The position numbers were made by a program, and so were the translations under genes. A stretch of DNA of 64,000 bases from the human T2T-CHM13v2.0 reference genome, Homo sapiens, in NCBI RefSeq assembly GCF_009914755.1, contig NC_060927.1; one strand, written 5' to 3'. Shown here piece after piece: positions 56,702 to 64,000 of this stretch (position 1 is the stretch's first letter; each line of letters begins with the position of its first letter). The notes under the pieces were generated by a model. The model did not search any database. It saw nothing but the letters and a program-made list of their open reading frames with translations, and was not told where the DNA came from.

Positions 56702-58878
56702 AAGAAAAGAAAACTGCTGACCAATGTCCTTGATGAATGTAGATGCCAAAATCCTCAACAAAATACTGGCAAACAATATTCAAAGCACATTAAGATTATA
56801 CACCATGACCTAAATAAAGTGGAATTTATTCATAGAATGCAAGGATGATTTAACTTATGAAAATGAATCAAAGTTATAACACATTAACAGAATGAAGAAC
56901 AAAAGCCACATGATCATTTCAATTGTTGCAGAAAAAACGTTTAACAAGAGTCAACATCCCTTCATGATAAAAACACTCCACAATATAGGAATAGAAGTAA
57001 ATCACCTCAACATACTAAAGGCAGTTTATACAAGCCCATAGCTAACATCATACTCAACAGTGAAAAACTGAAAGCTTTCCCTCTAAGATCAGGAATGAGG
57101 CAAGGATCTCCCCTCTCACTACTTCTATTAAATATGGCATTGGAAGTCCTGGCCAGAGCAATTGGATAGTAAAAATATATAAAGGGCATCCAATTGAAAA
57201 GGAAGAAATAAAATTATCTCTGCTCACGGATGGCATGTTTTTTTATGTAGAAAACCCAGAAGCTTTCACACACAGAAAAACTATTAGAATTAATAGACAA
57301 ATTCAGCAAGGTTGCAGGATTTTAAATCAGCAAACAAAAATCTTGCATTTCTATACAGCAATAGTGAACAACTTGAAAAAGGAAATTAAAAAAAATCCTA
57401 TTTACAACAGCATTGAAAGAATGACATATTTAGTAATAAATCTACTCTAAAGAAGGAGAAAGACTTGTACACTAAAAACTGTAAAATATTGCTGGAAGAA
57501 ATTAAGGAAGACTAAATACATAGAAAGATAGTTTGTGTTCTTAAGTTGGAAGACAATATTGTTAAGATATCTGTACTCCCCAAAGTGATCTACAGATTCA
57601 ATGCAACCCTTATCAAAATCCCAAAGGCATTGTTTGCAGAAATAGAAAAAGTCATTCTAAAATTAATGTGAAATCTCAAGAGATTCCAAATAGCTGAAAC
57701 AATATTTTAAAAGAAGAACAAAGCTGGACTCACAAGCCCTGATATTCCTGATGTTAAAACATACTGCAAAGCTCCAGTAATCAAAACTGTGTGTTATCAA
57801 CATAAAAACAGACAAATAGACCAATGGAATAGAAGAGAGGACCCCAAATGAACACTCGTGTATGGTCAAATGAACTTCAGCAAGGGTACTAAGATCATTC
57901 AATGGAGAAGGGAAAGTATTTTCAAGAAATCACGTTAAGGAAAAAAACTGGATATCCACATGCAAAATAATAAATTTGGACCCTTATAGCATATACAAAA
58001 ATTAAGGTAAAATGGATTAAAGATGTAATACCTAAAACTATAAAACTAGAGTAAACTACAGGGGAAAATCTTCATGACATTGTACTTGGCATGATTTCTT
58101 GGATAATGACACCACAAGTACAGGCAACAAAAGCAAAAATAGGCAAATGGGACTGTGTTAAACTTTGCAAATGTTTATCGAAGGATAAGATCAACAGAGT
58201 GAACAGGCAAATCATATATCTGATAAGGGGTTAATAGCCAGAATTTACAAAAGAACTGTTATAACTCAACAACAAGAAATCAACCAGATTTAAAAATGAT
58301 CAAAAGACTTGAATAGATATTTCTCCTAACATTATTTACCAATGGCCAAGAAACAAATGAAAAGATGGCAACATCTCTAATCATCAGAGAAATTCAAATA
58401 AAAATCACATTGAGCTATCACCTCATACTCATTACAATGACTACTATTTAAAGAAAAAAGAAAAAAAAGAACAAATTGGAAACGATGTGGAGGACCTCAT
58501 GTGCAGTGTTAGTAGGAATATAAAATGGTGCAGCCATTGTGGAAAACAATACAACAGTTCCTCAAAAAATTAAAAATAGAATTACCATATGATCCAGCAA
58601 TTCCACTTCTGTTTAAATGCCCAAATGAACTGGAAGCAGTCCCCCAAAGAGATATTTGCACACCCATGTTCATAGCAACATTATTCACAACAGCTGATAG
58701 GTGAAAGCAACACAAATGTCCCTTTATGGATGAATAAATAAACAAAATGTGGTATGTGCCTACAAGGGAATATGATTTAGCCTTAAAAAGGAAGAAAATT
58801 TTGTCTTGTGCAACAACATAAATGAACTTTAAGGATATTATGCTAAGCGAAACAAGCCAGTCAGAAAAAAGAGGAGTA

Positions 58879-59231
58879 CAGGTCATCACTGATTTATGAT
58901 GTTTTGACTTACAATTTTTCCACTTTACAATGGTGCGAAAGCAATATCCATTTAGTAAAAACCATATTTGAAATTTAGATTTGGATCTTTCCCAGGCTAA
59001 GGATATTCAGTACCATGGTCTCTTTCAATGCTGGGCAGTAGCTACGAGTCACAGCTTCCACACTTGTTTGCCAGTCAATTTTGCCCAACTGTGGGCTAAT
59101 GTAAGTGTTCTGAGCATGTTTAAGATAGGCTAGTCCAAGCTATGATGTTCAATAGGTTAGGTGTATTAAATGTATTTTTGACTAACCACAGGTTTATCAA
59201 CATAATTCCATTGTAAGTCGAGGAGTATTTG
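58879..59231. mobile_element. MER47A-like Tigger MITE
   Basis: TA|caggtcatcactgatttatgatg ... cattgtaagtcgaggagtatttg|TA. Confidence 0.85.
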
Positions 59232-59483
59232 TACTGTATGATCCTGCTGTAAGAGCTATCTAAAGTAGCTGGATTCATAGCAACAGAAAGTAGAACGGTG
59301 GTGACCAAGGGAAGAAGGGAAGGAGAGAAGGGGAGCTGCTGTTTAATGGGCATAGACTTGCAACTTGAAAAAGCTCCAGAGAGATTTGTTTCACAATAAT
59401 GTGAATAGATGTGACACCTCAGCACTATACACTTAAAAATGGTTAAAATGGTACATTTTGTGCTATGTATTTTTTACTACAAT

Positions 59484-59484
<1 letters not shown>

Positions 59485-59514
<30 letters not shown>
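59485..59514. repeat. (TG)n microsatellite
   Basis: Perfect TG run. Confidence 0.95.
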
Positions 59515-59517
<3 letters not shown>

Positions 59518-61458
59518 ACATGTATCTCTATAAAGGGGAGGGCCCCATCATCACACACAGTCCCCCAGGCTTCCTTCCCATCCCCATCTCCAGTTCCACC
59601 GTAGCCAGCATTTCAAGTTTGGTCCACAAAATATCCCACAACTTTGTTTTAAATGCACAGATAAGCCTTATACATATGTGGAAAGTATTTAAGTGGTATT
59701 ATATTGTATATCAGTATTTATCTATCATGTTTTGAAAAAGAAAAACTCTCTATGGACCTAATCAAACTTTTCAAAGTACATTAGGGAAAACAGAATTTAG
59801 CTAGATTGGGGTTAACTTATGTTAAGAACAGCAGGTTTCTCCAAGACTCTCCAAGATGGATTCTTATCACATTCTCAAATGCACAAAGGAAAAGAGACAG
59901 TTTGGTGACTCTGGAACCAGAATGGGGGTTGTGGAGGCCGTTGTTTGCCCTGTGGTCTCAGTTCTTTATGGATCTAAGAAGAGTTGTTAATTTTCAGTTT
60001 GGTTTTGCTTTCTTCTTATTACAAGGATGGGAGTGAAGACCAAGCTCCTTATATTTCAGACCAAAAACCAGAAGTCCCAAAACATTTTAAAGTCTAAATA
60101 CAGTTGATACTTTTCACAGAAAATATAAATGACCAAGAAGTAGTAGAAAAAGTAAATAAATCAATAAATATTCATGGCATGGAAAACCCCTTTAACTTAA
60201 AAAGTATCTGTCACAAGCCCACAACTTATGACAAGTTGAATGATTAAACACTAGAGACAAACATATGCATTATCCATGATCTAAGATCCCAGAAACCCTT
60301 TAAAATCCTTGGGATCAATTAAATCTCACAATCAGGTTTTTTTTTCAGATTTCTCAAAGATAATGTCATACATATATTATACCTTGGAAAACAACCCCAA
60401 TGAGGACCGGGAGGACAGTCCATAATCGAGCACATTACTGCCTAGGCCACCAAATGCTCTTGCCCCAAGTTGTATACTTGAAGAGTATAAATAGTCCTCA
60501 TTGGTTCAGGTCAGATTTTATTACCCAAAGAGTTTGCCACAGACCTTAGATTTCAGAGTTTTTTGGCATTTAGGAATTGCAAGTGAAGTGCTGTAAACCT
60601 ATAACTATCAATCAAAGTTGTTCATAAACTTCTAGACAATGCAATAGGACAAAAAAAAAAGCTTAAAAACATTGGAAAGAAAAGAGACAAAATTGTCATT
60701 ATATTAATTGTCCATTTCTAGAAAATAAGAAAGTACAGAAAACTAGGTTTTAGAGTGTTTTTTAATTCAATATTTTCTATATACATACATATAACGTATG
60801 TGTGTGACATGTGTGTATGTGCATGTATGTAAGAATGGGTAACACCCTTCTTTTCACCCAGATGGAGATTGAGGAAAGAGAGTAACTGTTCTTGGCAAAT
60901 AATTTAATCCAGTCTTTTCTAGACTGCATTTCTAAGGCTCTAATTGTGTTGCTAAGGGAGAGGTGTTTATAGCAGGTTTGTGGCTGCTTTCTTACCCTGC
61001 TAAGCTTGAAAGGGAAGCAGAAAAAGAACAAAGAACTAAATACCACTTTGGATAATAGTGTGATTTACTGATTCCATGGGAGGAAGTGTGTTCTTCCTAA
61101 TTAAGAGTCAGTTAGGAGACATTTTCTTCCTTGCTGTTTCAAGAACTAATGTTTGTCCTTAAGAAAGACATGTTTGTGCTTAAGTCAACAGACACTCTGT
61201 ACCATGCATAGATTAATTTCCAAATGGACTAAACATTTAAACATGAAACATCAATAAAATTATTTCGATAAGATATAGAATAGTAATCCTAAAACCTTGG
61301 AATCGAAAGTGTTTTCATTCTCAGACATCCAAAAGAAACAATTTGACTCATTTAACCATGTAAAAATATATAATTTTTATGGTTAAAAAAAAACACCAAA
61401 AATCTTAAAAGAGGAAGTCACTGGTAAAAGTATTCACAACTAAAATGATCACAGAGGG

Positions 61459-61700
61459 TGTAATCATTGAATTGTGCTCCTCAAAAAATATCTGTTGCAC
61501 TCCTAACCCCAGTACCTCAGAATGTGACCTTATTTGGAAACGGGATCTTTTCAAAAGTAAGTGCCTCATATGAGGCATTAGGGTGGGCCCTGATGCAATA
61601 TGACTGGTGTATTTGAGTATTTGAAGTGGGAGAATACTTGATGCCAGAGATGGGAGGCCAGGAAGAAATAAGAAATTTACAATGCACAGCAAACACCATC
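61459..61700 (+). mobile_element. MLT1 (B/C-like) LTR fragment
   Basis: cctaaccccagtacctcagaatgtgaccttatttggaaa. Confidence 0.75.
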
Positions 61701-62502
61701 TTTTAGGGAGAATTCTGGGAATATGGTAACCTGAGCCCAGATCCATTTCCTTCATTCCCACATGTACCTTTTCTGGACCAATCAGCTGCTGAGACTCTGA
61801 GCATCTATCTGGGTGCTCATGCAGCCTGGGCTTCTATGAGCATCTCAAAAAGAAGACCTCTGTGGTGCCTTCTCCCCAGTAGCTCAGTGGCAGGTGCCTG
61901 GAAGTCAACACTGGGGAGCTGCCAGGAAAATCCTGGGAAGCCTTGGGGGAAGTTCCCATCAGCCCCATGAGCCTGCCTGGTTTCCCTGGTCAAGAAGATA
62001 CTAAATGTGGGCTGAGTCCTCCTGACCCTGCAGCTAGGGAAACGCAAACAGGATGGAGGAACAAGGGTTTCAGCACATGACCTGCAGTCAGCCTGCTGCA
62101 GTGTCACCAGCACATGGAGGCAGAAATCTCTGCACCTTCTACAACCTGTAGAGCTGCTGCCATGCGGGGAACACCAACAACTAGACTTGAGCCCTGATGA
62201 GCCAACACCTAGCCCACAGGATCATGCCAGCCAGAGGGTAAGATTATCCCACAACAAATATAACTCACACCTGGAGAAAGAGAGCTGCTAGAGGACAAGG
62301 GTGCAGCTGGAAGAAAATTGGAGGAGGTGAAGAGGGAAAGGACATTTACATGGATGCAAGAGCAGTACAAAAGAGTTTCTGGAGCTAAAAATAAACATAA
62401 TTTTCTGCTCCAAAAATTCAGTGGATGAGTTACAAGAGAAAAGAAACACTGTTGAAACCTGAATTAGAGTTAGCATTCTGAATATTTACTGCTTATTGCA
62501 GT

Positions 62503-62636
62503 AATATATCAAAAGATAGCAAATATATCAAATATCTGAAAAATATATCAAATATTTCCAAAAATATAGCAAATATATCAAATAAGACAGAAATATATCA
62601 AATAAGATAGCAAATATATCAAATAAGACAGAAATC
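62503..62636. repeat. AT-rich tandem repeat (~20-22 bp unit aaatatatcaaataaga(c/t)ag)
   Basis: About six degenerate copies. Confidence 0.85.
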
Positions 62637-62665
62637 ATCATAAACAAATATATAAGGGTTTGGAG

Positions 62666-62880
62666 CAGTGCATACCAAGGATGAGACAGTGGGAGTGTCC
62701 ACCCTCAGCTCAGACAATAGTGTGTGCCTTGTCAGGAGATAATTTAGAAAACCAACTAAAAGACAGTTGGTTTTCTATGATCACAATGGACTGGCAATAC
62801 TCAACAACATCAGTGATACAATAGTCCTCAAAAAAGTCTTCTTTTCATCTAAGATGTAAACCCTTGCTGCAGTTACTGGT
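62666..62880 (+). mobile_element. MER97-like hAT-Tip100 fragment
   Basis: cagtgcataccaagg...aacatcagtgatacaatagtcctc...gctgcagttactg resembles the recalled MER97 5' end. Confidence 0.6.
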
Positions 62881-62889
62881 TTTTTTAAA

Positions 62890-64000
<1,111 letters not shown>

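Overview
Primate, very probably human, genomic DNA (Alu, L1PA and ERV1 elements). Most of the window is transposon-derived, and I find no credible protein-coding exon. Every ORF I could assign is a decayed retroelement fragment or a low-complexity/GC-rich artefact. Main contents: (1) a MER4-group ERV1 provirus (~476-5950) with G-to-A hypermutation and a ~1.35 kb foreign insert that looks like the antisense 3' end of a cellular mRNA; (2) a nearly full-length decayed L1MC; (3) a promoter-like CpG island at ~14.2-15.5 kb with splice donors; (4) a ~13 kb minus-strand ERV1 provirus with a second complete provirus (MER57A-like) in its protease gene, which in turn hosts an L1PA; (5) a candidate non-coding exon, a CACCTG-rich minisatellite, a ~510 bp purine tract and a TCAGGG array; (6) a second CpG island at ~47.2-48.4 kb, partly built from a GC-shifted ancient L1 3' end; (7) an old L1M containing a 5'-inverted L1PA3-like insertion. 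I cannot claim a new biological system; the best leads are the mRNA-like insert in the edited ERV and the L1-derived CpG island. Repeat subfamily names come from recalled consensus sequences and need RepeatMasker/Dfam confirmation.
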